Source of the DNA: Vicugna vicugna
Lineage: Eukaryota
Length of the DNA stretch: 64,000 bases
Direction of reading: 5' to 3'
Assembly (NCBI GenBank): GCA_013265495.1
Contig: MU058384.1
Coordinates: 1,799,690-1,863,689, forward strand
In this document: one piece after another, positions 39,965-51,749 of the stretch
Numbering within the stretch: position 1 is the stretch's first letter
How the letters are laid out: each line of letters opens with the position of its first letter
Notes under the pieces: model-generated
The model's database searches: none
The model's input: only the letters and a program-made list of their open reading frames with translations
Told to the model about the DNA's origin: nothing
Program-made: the position numbers and the translations under genes

Positions 39965-42900
39965 AAATAAAATAAGAGATTTAAAAAATAGAAAAAAAAA
40001 CAAAACCAAGAGCTGGTTTTTTGAAAGAGTAAACACAATTAACAAACCTCTGGCCAGGCTTACCAAGAAGAAAAAAGAGAGCACAGGGAAATAGACACAA
40101 AATGTTATGATAACTCACAGAGAAAAAAATGTGACAATGAGTGTGTATATGTCCATGAATGACTGAAAAATTGTGCTGAACACTGGAATTTGACAAAACA
40201 TTGTAAAATGGTTATAAATCAATAAAAAATGTTAAAAAAAAGAAGAAACAAAGAGAGAATACAAATAAACAAAATAAGAAAGGAAAATGGAGAAATTAAA
40301 ACCAATACCACAGATATTCAAAGAAACCATAAGAGAATACTATGAACAACTATAGGGAAATAAATTGGACAACCTATAAGAAATGGACAAGTTTCTGGAA
40401 ACATACAGAACACCAAGACTGAATCAAGACGAAAAACACACTGATCACTAGACATGAAATAGAACAAGCAATTAAAAAAAAACAAAAAACAAAAAACAAA
40501 ACCTCCCTGCAAACAGAAGTCCAGAACCAGATGGCTTTACTGGGGAATTCTACCAAACATACAAAGAAGAACTCATACCAGTCTCAAACCCTTCCAAAAG
40601 ACTGAAAAGGAGGGAATACTCCCAAACTCATTCTATGAAGCCACCATCACCCTGATACCAAAACCATACAAAGACACTACCAAAAAAGAAAATTACAGGC
40701 CAATATCACTAATGAACATAGATGCAAAAATTCTCAACAAAATATTAGCAAACAGAATCTAATAGCACATAAAAAACATACGCCATGATCAAGTTGGATT
40801 CATCCCAGGGACACAAGGATGGTTCAACATATACAAATGAATCAATGTGATACACCACATCAACAAAAGAAAGGCCAAAGCCACATGATCATCTCAATAT
40901 ATGCAGAAAAAGCATTTGATAAAATTCAACAACCATTTATGACAAAAACTCTTACCAAAGTGGGTATAGAGGGAACATATCTCAACATAATAAAAGCTAT
41001 TTATGACAAACCTACAGCCAGCATAGTACTCAATGGTGAAAAACTGAAAGCCTCCCCACAAAAATCTAGAACAAGACAAGGATGTCCACTCTCACCACTT
41101 CTATTCAATATAGTCTTGGAAGTCCTAGCCACAGCAATCAGGTAAGAAAAAGAAACAAAAAGGATACAGACTGGAAGGGAAGAGGTAAAATTATCAATAT
41201 ATGTGGATGACATGATACTATATGTAAAAAACCCTAAAAGCTCTACACAAAAGCTACTAGAACTGATAAATGAATTCAGCAAGGTAGCAGGATACAAGAT
41301 TAACATACAAAAATCAGTTGCATTTCTTTACACTAACAAAGAATTAGCAGGAAAAGAAAGTAAAGAAACAATCTCTTTTATTTTTTAAAACAATAAAATA
41401 CTTAGGAATAAATCTGACAAAGGAGGTGAAAGAATTATACATGCAGAACTACAAAACACTGATTGAGGAAATTAAAGATGACTTAAAGAAATGGAAAGAT
41501 ATCCCACACTCTTGGACTGGAAGAATCAATATTGTTAAAATGGTCATACTGCCCAAGGCAACCTTCAGATTTAATGCAATCCTTATCAAATTACCCAGGA
41601 CATATTTCACAGAACTAGAACAATCTTAAAATTTATATGGAATCATAAAAGATCCAGATTGCCAAAGCAATATTGAAGAAAAAGAATGAAGCTAGAGTAA
41701 TAACCCTCCCAGACTTCAAACAATACTATAGAGCTACAGTAATAAAACAGTGTGGTATTGGCATAAAAAGACATATGGATCAATGGACCAGAACAGAGAG
41801 CCCAGAAATAAACTGACAGACCTAAGGTCAATTAATCTTTGACAAAGGAGACAAGAATATACAAGGAGAAAAAACAGTCTCTTCAGCAAGTGGTGTGGGA
41901 AAACTGGATAGCTGCATGTAAATCAATGAAGTTAGAACACTCCCTCACACCATACCCAAAAATAAACTCAAAATGGCTTAAAGACTTAAATATAAGCAAG
42001 ACATGATAAATCTCCTAGAAGAAAACATAGGCAAAACATTCTCTGACAGAAATCTTAGCAATGTTCTCCTAGGGCAGTTACCCAGTTAACAGAAATAAGA
42101 GCAAAAATAAACAAACGGGACCTAATTAAATTTACAAGGCTTTGCATAGCAAAGGAAAGCATAGGTGAAACAAAACAACAACCTACAGAATGGGAGAAAA
42201 TATTTGCAAATGATGTGACTGACAAAGACTTTATTTCCAGAATATATAAACAGCTCATACAACTTAATAAGAAAAAAAACAAACAGCCCAATCCAAAACT
42301 GGGCAGAAGATCTAAACACGCAATTCTCCAGTGAAGACATATAAATGGCCAAGAGGCACATGAAAAAATGCTCAATATCACTAATTATCAGAGAAACGCA
42401 AATCAAAACTACAATGAAGTATCACTTCACGCCAGTCAGAATGGCCATCATTCAAAAGTCCATAAACGATAAATGTTGGAGAGGGTATAGAAAAAAGGGA
42501 ACACTCCTACACTGCCAGTGGGACTGTAGTTTAGTGCAGCCATTATGGAAAACAGTATGGAGATTCCTCAAAAGACTGAAAAAAAGACCGTATGATCCAG
42601 CAATTCCACTTCTGGGTATATATCCAGAGACAATGCTAATTCAAAAAGATACATGCACCCCAATGTTCATAGCAGCACTGTATACAATAGCCCAGACATG
42701 GAAGCAATCTAAATGTCCATCAACAGATGACTGGATAAAGAAGTTGTGATATATTTATACTAATGGAATACTACTCATCCATAAAAAAGAATAAAATAAT
42801 GTCATGTGCAACATCATGGATGGACCTAGATTTCTTCATTCTAAGTGAAGTAAGCCAGAAAGAGAAAGAAAAATACCATATGATATCATGCATACGTGGA

Positions 42901-43252
42901 ATCTAAAAAAGGGGGGGTGGGGAAGGACACTATGAACTCATCTACAAAACAGAAACAGACTAGCAGATATAGTAAACAATCTTATGGTTCCCGGGGAAAG
43001 GAGGTGGGAAGGGATAAATTTGAGAGTTTGAGATTTGTAAATGTTAGCCACTATACACAAAAACAGATTTTAAAAATTTCTTCTGTATAGCACAGGGAAG
43101 ATATTCAATATCTTATAATAACCTTTAATGAAAATGAATATGAAAATGAATATATGTATGTATATGTGTGACTGGAATATTGTGCTGTACATCAGAAACT
43201 GACACATTATAACTGACTGTACTTCAATAATAATTTTAAAATAAATAAGTAA
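39965..43252 (+). mobile_element. 5'-truncated lineage-specific L1 (about 3.3 kb) with disrupted ORF2
   Basis: RT-domain remnants ([51 protein letters not shown]), C-terminal [15 protein letters not shown], 3' UTR and A-rich tail. Perfect 14-bp TSD ataaactacttttg at 39951-39964 and 43253-43266. Confidence 0.95.
40082..40239 (+). mobile_element. Younger L1 3' end nested inside the 39965-43252 L1
   Basis: cacagggaaatagacacaaaatgttatgataactc...gactgaaaaattgtgctgaacactggaatttgac...aataaaaaatgttaaaaaaa, flanked by near-duplicated aagaagaaa(c)aaagagag. Confidence 0.8.
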
Positions 43253-44115
43253 ATAAACTACTTTTGCCATAGATAGAAGAGACAATTTTCTAACAAGATT
43301 TTTACATTCTTCTCTATATATTCTTACTAAACGTATTTTCTCCCTGTCATTTTTCACTTATTATTTCAGCTAAAAGAGATTTTTTACTATTATTATTAAT
43401 TATACAATTTAGTTTTCATTTATTCCTTTCCATTTATTTAAGCTTACACCATTCATACATTCTATTTCTTTTTAATCTGTAAACTTAATCTCATAATCCA
43501 AATTCTCTGTATATTTTCTGTATCTAAAATAGTATCCATTGTAATGCTCTTGGTTAAATGGCTTATTTCTAAAGTTACAAGAAAGAAATTGTGATTAAAA
43601 AAAAACTGGCCCACAAATATTCTACTCATATCAGTATAAATTCTTTTTCTTCTGTTTATTTTCATAAGGAATTTCAATCGCCCTTGCCTGAATATCCATC
43701 CTTGCTTTTCAGTTTTTTATAGTATATTCTACTTAAGGAGAATCTGAGACTTAAACTTTTCTGGGATGCTATAAATATTCTACTTGTGCGAAGTATGTAT
43801 TCAAATAATTGTTTCTTTATTATTTCATTCATATGAGTAATATTCTCAGTAAGAGGTATGACAAACAAATAATTACATGGATGCAGACTTCATCCAAAGA
43901 ATGCAAAGTAAAATTGTGAATTTTACTCAAAATTTACTCTTTCATGCCAGTAATAAGTTTTTTTTTAACCACTTAGCATTGCTCCAGATAAAGTTGAAAA
44001 GTTTCAAATTCCATTTTGAGAGGAAAAAAATTCTTATAAATGAATTCTGCAGCTGCCTGCCATACAAATGTCTTTAAAAAAAAACTTTGGAGTTCTGTTT
44101 CTGTTGAAAATTTAC

Positions 44116-44417
44116 CTTCCCAACATGAACTTCCCCATGTCAAACTGCCCTTGGTTGCTTCTGAAAGTAGCACTAATATGTACTCCACAACAGATCTTGC
44201 ATGTGGATCTTTGGGCCCAAACTCCTGGTCAAGGCACACTTTGCCTTTTTTTTTCTCCTGATCCATGTTGTAAGACCACCATGATGCAGGAGCAGCTACA
44301 TTCCACGGACGATGGCCTTTGCCAACACCCAACTGACCTACGAGACAGACCCTTCCTAATACTCCATGATACAGCTAAGCTCAGACTGCAGCTTTTAACA
44401 AAACTATGGTAGTTTCT
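44116..44417 (-). pseudogene. Exon relic with Walker A-like motif
   Basis: ccttgcatcag|A ... AAG|gtaaat; ETTIVLLKAAV*A*LYHGVLGRVCLVGQLGVGK. The shifted frame continues AIVRGM*LLL. Confidence 0.5.
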
Positions 44418-44637
44418 CTGATGCAAGGTACCCAGTGGCTGGGTATCTCATAAACGTTACTAGATGTGGCTATCCTTATAATTTAGTCTCAACTTGCCTT
44501 CACGGTTTTTATACGGTGCCCCCAGCCAGCCTGAACACAGTAAGGGTCAGGCTATTCTAACCCTAGGAATGCTCTGCATATAACTGTGTCTAAGATCCCA
44601 GATCACTTAAGACAAGTTGAAAAAGAAAAATATTTAC

Positions 44638-44776
44638 CTTTCTTCAAGTCTAAGGTCGTAAGAGTATCTCCTCTTGCTCAATGATGGCTGAAGAAGACAT
44701 GTCTCCTTCACAAGAAAGTCTAGTCCTCAATCACAGGAGTGTGATCTTGCCTTGCCATCCCAACAGAACAATGAGG
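44638..44776 (-). pseudogene. Exon relic (139 nt)
   Basis: cacgttttag|CC ... AG|gtaaat; SLFCWDGKARSHSCD*GLDFLVKETCLLQPSLSKRRYSYDLRLEE. Its phase-2 end matches the next relic. Confidence 0.4.
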
Positions 44777-45569
44777 CTAAAACGTGATAATGCAATGAAA
44801 GACATCCCAGCGTCCATCTTCACTCACATAACTTACAGAACACAACCTGTCTAGTCCAGGTGGAGCTGCAGCAAACCCAGTCCTGTTCTCTTTGACAGTT
44901 TTTCCTCTAGTATGATGTCAAGATTCTGTCAGGATGTCCTTCCTTCCGTTTTCACCAGCTCAGTGTGTCCCATGCAAAAACAAAACTTAACTACCACAAA
45001 TTACTTGAGGAAGACCATTTGCGGCTTCCCAAGGTCACGCAAGAGGTCTGTCCGCAGGATACTCTAAATTCATAACCCTGGACACCCGCTAAAACCCACA
45101 AAGTCTCAGAGGCATGGTCTGGGCTTGAAAACACTGTGTCACCACACAGAGAATTTAGCAGCAATGTCCTCGGCAGGCAGATCCACAGACCCAGAGACGG
45201 CTCAGAGATAAGCTGTGTCTCTATTCCAGCAAGCAGAAACGCTGGCTACTCTTTTTATTTAAGTTTCTTCAGCTTCGACTGTCCAAAGTTTCAAACAGCA
45301 GTAGGGCCATGTCCTCAACCAGTGTTCCCAGTGATACAAGATGCCGGGTAGGCTGAAAGAATACAGGGCTGGCAAGCTCCTCTGGAGGCTGGAAAACTTG
45401 TGTTCTTGCCTTAGCGCTAGATGAACTGTTATTTAAATCGCCGTTCCATCGGTTAATATTTATTAGTACTTAGGTTTCTGACCTTTCAGAGTTGAGCCCC
45501 AACAAGGGTCCTCCTGTCCAGTGTCGCTGGAGCTAATGGAACGAGTTTGGTTCTGAAGAAAAGAAAAGC

Positions 45570-45900
45570 TTTCTTCTTCGGCCAGAGACTGGAGACGCCC
45601 TAGGACGTTCTAGAAAACGCGCTCTCCGGGCCGACGGTGGACAGGGTCACTTTACAGTGTTCTCGAGAGGGTGGAGCTCTCGCGGGATAGGGTGGGGTTC
45701 TCGTCAGCTGGGAGGAGGCGGAGCTCTCGCGGGATGGGCGCAGGCGTGTTGCTCCCGCCTCTAGGTCGCAGTGGCGGGAGGGGGGCGCGGGGGCCGGGGA
45801 GGGGGCCGGGATAGGGGGGCTTTGCTCAGCCTCTCTACACTTGGCCCGCTGCCACCACAGCGGCGTCCTTGAACAGAGGCGTCAGGAGCAGCGGTTCTGC
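45570..45900. promoter_or_regulatory. Small CpG island / promoter-like region
   Basis: Abrupt GC- and CpG-rich segment in a CpG-depleted window. It has GC-box-like G runs and two TCTCGCGGGA motifs. Confidence 0.75.
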
Positions 45901-47389
45901 ACTAGGAACTGGTCTGAGGTGCAGGTGCAGGGTCTCTGCACACAGCACCCTGTGTGCAAGTGAAAGTAAACTAAGCACAAAGGGAGAGGAAAAGGTTGGA
46001 TTTTATTTTTATTACCCAGATTCTATCTTTATTTCCTAGGAATTGTTAATGGGCTTTGCTGGTGACACTTATAAACAAAGGTAATAAAGACTTGAGGATG
46101 TCTGGTAGTGAAACAGAATGGCATTTTAGTTTCTAGTGCAATGATAATAAAATTTACCCCCAAGAGACACATAAATGTCCCTTTTAATAATTAAAACTCT
46201 TCTTCATTAAGTAGCTAGGCGGTCTAAGCTTAGTCTGAAGGCTTTATAATTAGAAGGAGAGACAGAATGGCAATACTTAAACAGCCAGAAATTTACATCG
46301 GAGAAATTGAATTGTGGGCATAGAAATGTGTGGTTAGGATGGATACCTTCCGTTTAAGAGGATATCATTTTGATGAGCATTTCAAAGTCAAGAACCTAAT
46401 CAGTTCCCTTCAGCGATCTCTCTGGGCCTGGCTGGAAGAACCCATATGCAAGTGCTTCAACCTGAGACACTGAGTATTCTGTTTAATAACGTTAAAGATT
46501 GCCCCAATGGGATGTAGCATATCTCTAATGAGGATGTTTTTACTCCAAATTGTTTGTCAGTTTCCCTCATCTGACAAGAAAAAAGGCTGAGTGAGGAAGG
46601 CAAAGAGTAAGGTGGAGCACAGCACAGGGGTGCCAGGGGCACACCTGCCCTTCCTCTGCCTGCACCCTCTGCCCTGGGGCTTGGCATGGCCCGTTCTGTC
46701 TGGTCGTTTGAGTTTCAGCTCAGATGTCCTCCACGAAGAAGGACTTCTTAAACCATTCTGTGAGTGGCAGCCTTGAAGATGGCTTCTCATTGTTACAGTC
46801 TTCAAGGAAGGAAAGGAAATTATTTTTAAATGTATCACCAAAGGAAAAAAAAATTGACAACAGTTAAAAAATATTCCCCCTCTTTTGTGCAGAGGAAAGT
46901 CATTTTTTATCAGAGTCGTTCTTAGAAACGTATGGCTTCAAGCAAAATTTCAGGAAGGAATTCCCATATTGTTTGTGAGGTAAAACACAAAAGCAAACAG
47001 AACAAAACAAACATTTATCACTTCCTACCTCCTAAGCATTATAAATGTAACCAAAGAAGCGAGCCAGAACTGTAACACCACTTCTGTTTTCAATCTGCTT
47101 GCCAGGGCATTTTTGTATTTTCACTCATGCTGTTTAGAAACTTTGAGGAATTAGTGAGGAATTCAAATATACTAAGTGTGTAATTTGGGCAAGAAGCAGT
47201 ATTGACTGCTTGCTTTGTACAAGGCAACAGAGTAAGCACCTTTCTGGAGGGAGTTAGTGAAGAGAAACAGACCCCTAAAATGCTTATCATACAACTGGGA
47301 AGGGAACAAGGAGGAAACGAAGGAGGAAAAGAAATCACCATTTAATGTGCATCTGCAAAGCCCTGTGATGTGTACTTTGTGTATTGTAC

Positions 47390-48040
47390 TGTTCTAAGGT
47401 CTTGCTGCAAACAATAAAAACTGATTCTGGCATGTTTAAACAAAAAAGAAATTTACAGCTAGCCTACTAAATCTAAGAAATATGGGAACCAGGTCTGGGA
47501 AATGATAAGAAATCAAGGAAATCTAAGCAGAGGAAACTGAGCTCAGAAATACTCTGGTGGGGAGGGTATATAGTTCAGTGGTAGAGCACATGCTTCACAT
47601 GCATGAGGTCCTGGGTTCAATCCCCAGTACCTTCTCTAAAAATAAGTAAAAAAACAAACCTAATTATCTCCCCTCTAGAGAAAAAAAAGAAGAAGAAGAA
47701 AAAGAAAGAAAGGAATAGTCTGATTAAGATTATGCCTCTAAGACCCCTTACAGCAGTACTGAGACTACTGGAAACTCTCCACCCCACTGGGCACTTACCC
47801 AGAAAATAATCTTCGTTCCCTGCATCACTGCATCACTCCTTAGATTCAAAGTTCCTGTTGGGAGTGTGTTTGGACAAGTTTGGGTCATGTGCTCACTCCT
47901 AGCTGTCGAGTAGGAAATGGTCCCTTTTACCTTACCAGGATTTGGCAGAACTCTGCCCCCTACCAACAATGAGTTATTGGTGAATGATTTTGAAATGGAC
48001 AGAAGATTTGGATGTCAGGCAGCCAACAAAATAGCAAGCA
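47390..48040 (-). mobile_element. Old MLT1-type LTR remnant (interrupted by SINE)
   Basis: cttgctgcaaacaataaaaactgattctggcatgtttaaacaaaaaagaaattta...gggtcatgtgctcactcctagctg, reverse MLT1 pattern. Confidence 0.55.
47559..47710 (+). mobile_element. tRNA-Ala-derived camelid SINE (vic-1 type)
   Basis: ggggagggtatatagttcagtggtagagcacatgctt.acatgcatgaggtcctgggttcaatccccagtacc (A box about 47571-47584, B box about 47615-47623), then aaacctaattatctcccc and an A-rich tail. Degenerate TSD agaaatactctg/aggaatagtctg. Confidence 0.9.
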
Positions 48041-49369
48041 TTCACTGCTGTCTACCACTTTAGTTTTCTAATATCTATATGCACCACTCATCCTTCATGA
48101 TAAAACAAATATTTACATGTCAAAATAAATCTTCCTGCTTAGTATAATACAATGACTACCATTACCAATACCATCTAGAGTAGAGAATGTACTCATTTTC
48201 CCAAAAGGAAGTGTCCCAAGGTGTCAAGAGCTGCTTCATTCAGCTGCAAATCAAAGATCTCTTATTGATATTCATTCTTCCTCTAGTGATGATATAATCT
48301 CGTCTTTCTATAATGTAGCTATGGACTAATTTATAAAGCAAACCACCAACATATTCCATACACAACAATGCAATAGAAAAGAAAAAGAGAAAAGATTCCT
48401 TGAAATACATGGCAAAACAAAGAAGTAAACACAATTAAAGGTTACAGTAGTCAAATCCGTAACTTTTCACAAGTTTGGGTGATATGTATGACTTCCCTCT
48501 TCCACTCCTACTTCATCTTCCATTTGCTCTCAGACAGCATCTTGATTGGTCCTTCCAACAGAGCAATGTAGTGGTCTTCATTGATAAAACAGCTGAGCAG
48601 ATGTATAACTTAGATTCCACCCATACTTCTCCCTGTCAGCGTTACATAGCGACAACCTTACATGCCCCTGATAGCCAAAATCAGTGACTCCAAACAACTT
48701 CTCCTAACAATGACCAGGCCCCTTCACCCTATTTGTCTCTGTTCAGTAGCATCTAGGTCTCGAAGTAGCCAGGTATCAGTCTCAACTTTTAATTTTCATA
48801 GAACTGTTGTAGCCCTGTCGGAGCATTATTCACTTGGATTCTAAAATCTTAAATGCACCAGAGCTCAGGTGTCAATGGGCACTTCTACCTCTACTCTTGT
48901 TTCCCAGACCTAAGTGTTCTGTCTATTTGGGAGCAAATTTGTCTTAAAATATATGTCTGGACAAAATCAATTTATGAAAAATGTTTTAGCGATATTTAAA
49001 ACATTTTAGATCCCTCAGTTTTGATCCCTAGGTTTCTTATGTAGCATTAAATATATCATAGAGTGTACTACAAATATTGTTTGTTAGTACCATTGAAACT
49101 TGTGTTGCACAAGAATGAATAGGAGATGAAAAGAATGAATGGGAATAATAAGACTCTCCAGGAGACTCTAGAGAGGCAAGAAAACTAGTCCTTGGAAAAG
49201 CATGTTACACTCATTTATGAGGATAATTGAAAGGACACAAGTTTGCCTGAGTGTGGCTCATTTTCCCTGTGTCAAATTTTATGATTTAATTCATTTATGT
49301 CTGTCATACTCATGATTAAATTTGTAAAATGTTTTTTGAGCACTAGTCACATGCTATGGGCTCTTCCCC

Positions 49370-50000
49370 CAACCAGTCTTATTCAGCACTTTTATCAGTA
49401 ACTTGAATGAAGAGATAGCAGTAGGCTTATCAAAAGTAGAGATGGCAAAAGCTTTGAATGCAAAACATTTAATGGTAGAATCAGCATTCCAAACTGTCAA
49501 AATAAGTTGTAATAATGAGCCAAACTTATCAGTTTAATAGAGATACAAGTTAAATCCTTATGTTCAAATTAGCAATTTAGTTCAAAATGCGTAAGTACAG
49601 AATTGGAGCATCATATTTTAAACATATTGTATTAAAAACAACCAAAACAAAACACTGGGACTTGAGTTGGCTGCAAGTATGGTGAGAGAAGAACATGGTA
49701 AGGCCGCCAAGCAGATGATGACATCTGGGCTACAGTGGATGTGCAGTGCCCAAGAGAAGGGCAGCAGGGACCCCGTACTGTCTGCTTTGGTCAGGCCATA
49801 ACCTACATGTAGCATGCAGTGTTCATTTCTGGATCTTCAAGACAAAATGTAGGAGAAACATGGACAGACTAAGAGAGAAAACCTGGTGGAAGAAAGGATC
49901 TGGAGACAGTGTCATTTGAGGAACAAGGGAAGAAAGCCGAAATGTCTGGATAAAAGGGGTATGGCTTTCAAACATTTGAAGGGATGTCAGGAGGAAGTTG
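49370..50000 (+). mobile_element. CR1/L3 LINE remnant
   Basis: ttttatcagtaacttgaatga...cttatcaaa and ctgctttggtcaggccataacct...gtgttcatttctgg resemble the CR1 RT 3' region. Confidence 0.6.
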
Positions 50001-50387
50001 TTTGAAATTTATGACCCATCACTCCTGATAACAAATGTTTAGTCAGGGTCTGACAGGAAAACTGTCTCCATGCCTCAACCATGTGGCATTCCAATATAGT
50101 TGCTGGCAGGCAGATCCTTGCACAGAACATACTTTTACAAAGAATGTCAAGGCTGCATCTCTGGAGCATCCCTGAAGTTTGATCCTTCCCATCTGTAAAC
50201 ATGCCCTGGATGAAACATCAAAAACATCGGAGAAATCTTTCCCTCTATTTCTACTTCATTCTGAAATGACTACAGGAAGGAGCCTTCAAAATGGGGCCAG
50301 CTAAGTAGAACTGGAATGAGACATATTTTTCTCTGATCTCTTTGGAAAAAGATACTGAAAGAACCAAATCTCTCTACAACATTAAGG

Positions 50388-50550
50388 ACTTCATTTATTC
50401 ATTCATAAAAATACACTGAGCACTGACTCTGGGCCAGTGTGTTGAGAACATTTAGATAAAAGATATCATCTTTGTCCCCAAGGAACTCACAGTCTAGTGG
50501 TGATATGTGTAAACAGATGATTGTAATGAAACTTGGTGAAATGCTACAAT
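50388..50550 (-). mobile_element. L2 3' fragment
   Basis: ttcatttattcattcataaaaatacactgagcac...ccccaaggaactcacagtctagtgg. Confidence 0.65.
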
Positions 50551-51567
50551 TACGAATATTTTCCTAGGTAGATCTTATCATTCCCTACTTGACTCTAATA
50601 TTAATAAATTATTTTTTTTCAAGTTTTCTATACTTACTCTAAATCTTCTGGGGATTAAAAGATGAATACTTATTAAGGAAGATAATTCCCTTCCTAATTA
50701 ATGGAGGTTATTCACTATTAGAGACAGTTGGAGGACCTGGATCCTTCCCAAGACCTAAGGATACATGCAAAACTCTACTTACAGTTATTATGTTAGTATT
50801 CCACAACTCTGATCAAAGTTATCAGCCAGCACATCTTCCTGGAGTCATAGTATATATAATATCTAATTCTCTCATCTACCTATAGGAATCTATAACTGCT
50901 ATGCAGGATGATGCATTTGGTGTTTGGGATTTTAAACTATGTAAATGTGTCTTTGACTCTAAACACTTATAAACTCATAACATCATAAAACACAAAGATG
51001 CCTTTCCATTTAACTTTTTTCATAATTGAAATTTTTGTTCCATGATCAGACCACAGATATTATGAAACTATTAGTAAATAATTCTTAATATTGAAAATTT
51101 TTAAATTCATGAGTTTTAATTATAACAATTTTTCCAATGACTTTCCATCTTAAAATCTGTAGGCAAATTGTTCTTAAGTAGAGGATCTCAAATACCAATA
51201 TTTTTGAATATTTATAAGCTATTAGGCTTAATTTCCTCCAACTTATAATTTAATACATATATATACCACACGCTCAAAAATTTCCAGTTTTCCACAAAAC
51301 AGTATTAAAGTAGTAAGGGAAACTGTACTACCACTACCAAAGGTGTCACAGTTCTAATGGAAGAGCTGAGGATAGGAAGTAGGCATTTTTGAGAACAATT
51401 CTATTTTAAAAAATGGGTTAAAACAGTAAGTCATTTAAAATATTTGTCATGTTGAATACATGATTATGACATCAAATTGCTATTTAGTTACATTTCATAG
51501 TATAGGCTATTAAAACTACTTCTACAGCCTATGGAATGCTAAGTTGACAAAAAGGACCCTAGTCACG

Positions 51568-51698
51568 TTTTTTTTAACCTTTTTTTATTGAGTAATAGTC
51601 ATTTTACAATGTTGTGTCAAATTCTAGTGTAGAGCACAATTTTTCAGTTATGCATGAACATACATATATTCATTGTCATATTTTTTTTCGCTGTTAGC
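51568..51698 (-). mobile_element. Young lineage-specific L1 3' end (antisense)
   Basis: Reverse complement ...gacaatgaatatatgtatgttcatgcataactgaaaaattgtgctctacactagaatttgacacaacattgtaaaatgac...aataaaaaaagg, the same type as 40082-40239. Confidence 0.85.
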
Positions 51699-51721
51699 TT
51701 TTTAAAAAAACATTTGCACTA

Positions 51722-51749
51722 AAACAACAACAACAACAACAACAACAAA
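51722..51749. repeat. (CAA)n microsatellite
   Basis: aaacaacaacaacaacaacaacaacaaa. Confidence 0.9.

Larger units (their letters stand above)
17089..44776 (-). pseudogene. Putative decayed multi-exon gene (unitary pseudogene) encoding a large P-loop NTPase-like protein
   Basis: At least 12 exon-like blocks in non-repeat sequence, all on the minus strand, bounded by yAG...GT. Their translations are protein-like with stops and frameshifts, and several junctions are phase-compatible. Walker A-like RVCLVGQLGVGK (44318-44353) and Walker B-like IFIGILDE (in exon 36242-36462). A CpG island lies immediately upstream. Manual reconstruction, no homology search done. Confidence 0.55.

Noticed and set aside
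40819..42749. Functional L1 ORF2 / reverse transcriptase gene
   Set aside because: 5'-truncated, with multiple stops and frameshifts.
44837..44973. ATG-initiated first coding exon (MGHTELVKTEG...) with gtaagt donor
   Set aside because: The implied intron to the next relic would be only 60 nt, below the usual mammalian minimum, and the frame has stops. Not supportable as called.
47559..47632. tRNA-Ala gene
   Set aside because: The acceptor stem and anticodon are degenerate, and it is followed by a SINE body, A-rich tail and TSD. It is a SINE, not a tRNA.
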